Below are positions 62,659 to 64,000 of a DNA stretch of 64,000 nucleotides, one piece after another (within the stretch, counting starts at the first letter, position 1; every line of letters starts with the position of its first letter). This DNA comes from Podarcis tiliguerta (taxonomy: Eukaryota). The DNA lies in the NCBI GenBank assembly GCA_965153285.1, contig OZ229116.1; one strand, given 5' to 3'. The position numbers and the translations under genes are program-made. The notes beneath the pieces were generated by a model that worked only from the letters and a program-made list of their open reading frames with translations, searched no databases and was not told where the DNA came from.

Positions 62659-63149
62659 TAGCCATCATGGTTAGTAGCCATTGGGAATCTTATCCTCCAT
62701 GACCAGCTCCTGCACTTCAAAATTTACTACTGGGCACAAAATAACTTAAGTGTATTTCGGTTCTTGACAAGAAATGGTGCCTGTTCAGAAACAGGAAGCA
62801 ACCACTTTATGTTGCCCTCCAGCTGCAGGCCACGCTTTCCAGTCACTTGGCCACAGGTGGAGGGGGAAGGAAAAGTAGGTAAGAGAGCCAACAGAATGAG
62901 TTGCATGCAGCAGCTGCAGCCTATTTCACTACCTCAAACATTTAAAGGCACAAGGACCCTGTATTCCTAGGAGACCTAGAGACTGTAGCAATAGCAGAGA
63001 AAAAATTGATGGGCAGACCATTTTAGTGCAGAAGTGATGTAGCACAGACATGCTCAATTATCTGATAAACAGCTCGTTACTGGAGCTTGTTTTGTTATGT
63101 ACATAGAGAAGGACATCTAGTGGAGAAAAGATAGACTATGGGATTTGCT

Positions 63150-63420
63150 CCATAAATGTAATGATGGACACCAACTTGGACGGCTTTATTAAAAGAGAAT
63201 TGGACCAATTCATGGAGGATAAGGCTATCAATGACAACAAGCCATGATGACTATGTTCTTTCTCCAGTGCTGGAGGTGGTGTGCCTCTCAATACCTGCTG
63301 CTAGATATCACTAGCAGGGAGAGTGCTTCTGTGTTTATGTCCTGCTTGCCAGCTTTCCATAGGTTTCTGGTTGGCCACTGTGCAAGCAAGATGCTGGACT
63401 AGATGGCACTTTGCTGTTAT
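63150..63420 (+). mobile_element. CR1 ORF end and 3' UTR fragment
   Basis: caccaacttggacggcttt..aaaagagaattggaccaattcatggaggataaggctatcaatg..tggactagatgg. Confidence 0.75.
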
Positions 63421-64000
63421 TTTGCTCCCGGCAACTGGTTTCACAATAAGTATTTCCCTTTGCTTTCTTGGCATGAGTCTGGCTCACAGGATAATGTTTA
63501 AAAGGAAAGACATTCAAGCATAATAAAATGAAGTTCCACGATCCCAATCATTATAGGAGCTGAAGTTACTGCTGCTTGTTTTGATGGGTGGTATTGCAAG
63601 AAGAATTGTGGCCAAGAGAGGCATTGCTGGCTACACTTTCACATCTGTTTGTAAACATATGCAGACTTCTCTGGACAGGTGTGCTGCCAGAGGCCTTCCT
63701 TCCCAGGTGCAAGGATAAGCAACAGTTTCCAGGGACCAGTCAAATAATGGTGCCTGAGGCTACCCTTTGAGTTAATCTGGCATTGCTTCACATTGATCTT
63801 GCTGAAGTCTTCCAAATGTTGATTACATGGGAACTCCTAACTACATAGGTTCTTTGGAAACTCATGTCAACACAACAGGAGATCCACCTTGACATCCTGT
63901 TGCTCTGGGGCAGGGTGCGGAGCCTGCAGTCCTCCAGGTGTTGTTAGACTGCAACTCCCATGAGCTCCAGGTTATGGAAGATAGGATTTACAAGCCATCA

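Overview
Eukaryotic, repeat-rich, essentially non-coding DNA from a squamate reptile. Sauria SINE, Squam3-type SINEs, BovB, RTE, L2, CR1, L1 and Penelope remnants point to a lacertid-like lizard (inference). No intact protein-coding gene is supported. The few ORFs with recognisable products are decayed retrotransposon fragments, and the window looks like a large intron or gene desert with enhancer-like unique blocks. I resolved many non-autonomous DNA transposons (hAT with 8-bp TSDs; Tigger/pogo-like and Tc2-like with TA TSDs) and several nested insertions. The most interesting signals are RNA structures inside non-coding retroelements. (1) An ~850-bp CpG-rich element (24.7-25.6 kb) is built like a mini transcription unit: CCAAT/GC promoter, an ENE-like U6/U6 internal loop predicted to clamp poly(A) in a triple helix, a multi-helix RNA domain, and AATAAA plus a GU-rich element. 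(2) A near-canonical type I hammerhead ribozyme (12053-12126, minus) lies inside a ~510-bp TSD-flanked element that was later invaded by a SINE and then a MITE. (3) Three degenerate minimal Penelope hammerheads are present. All structures were folded by eye and no database searches were run.
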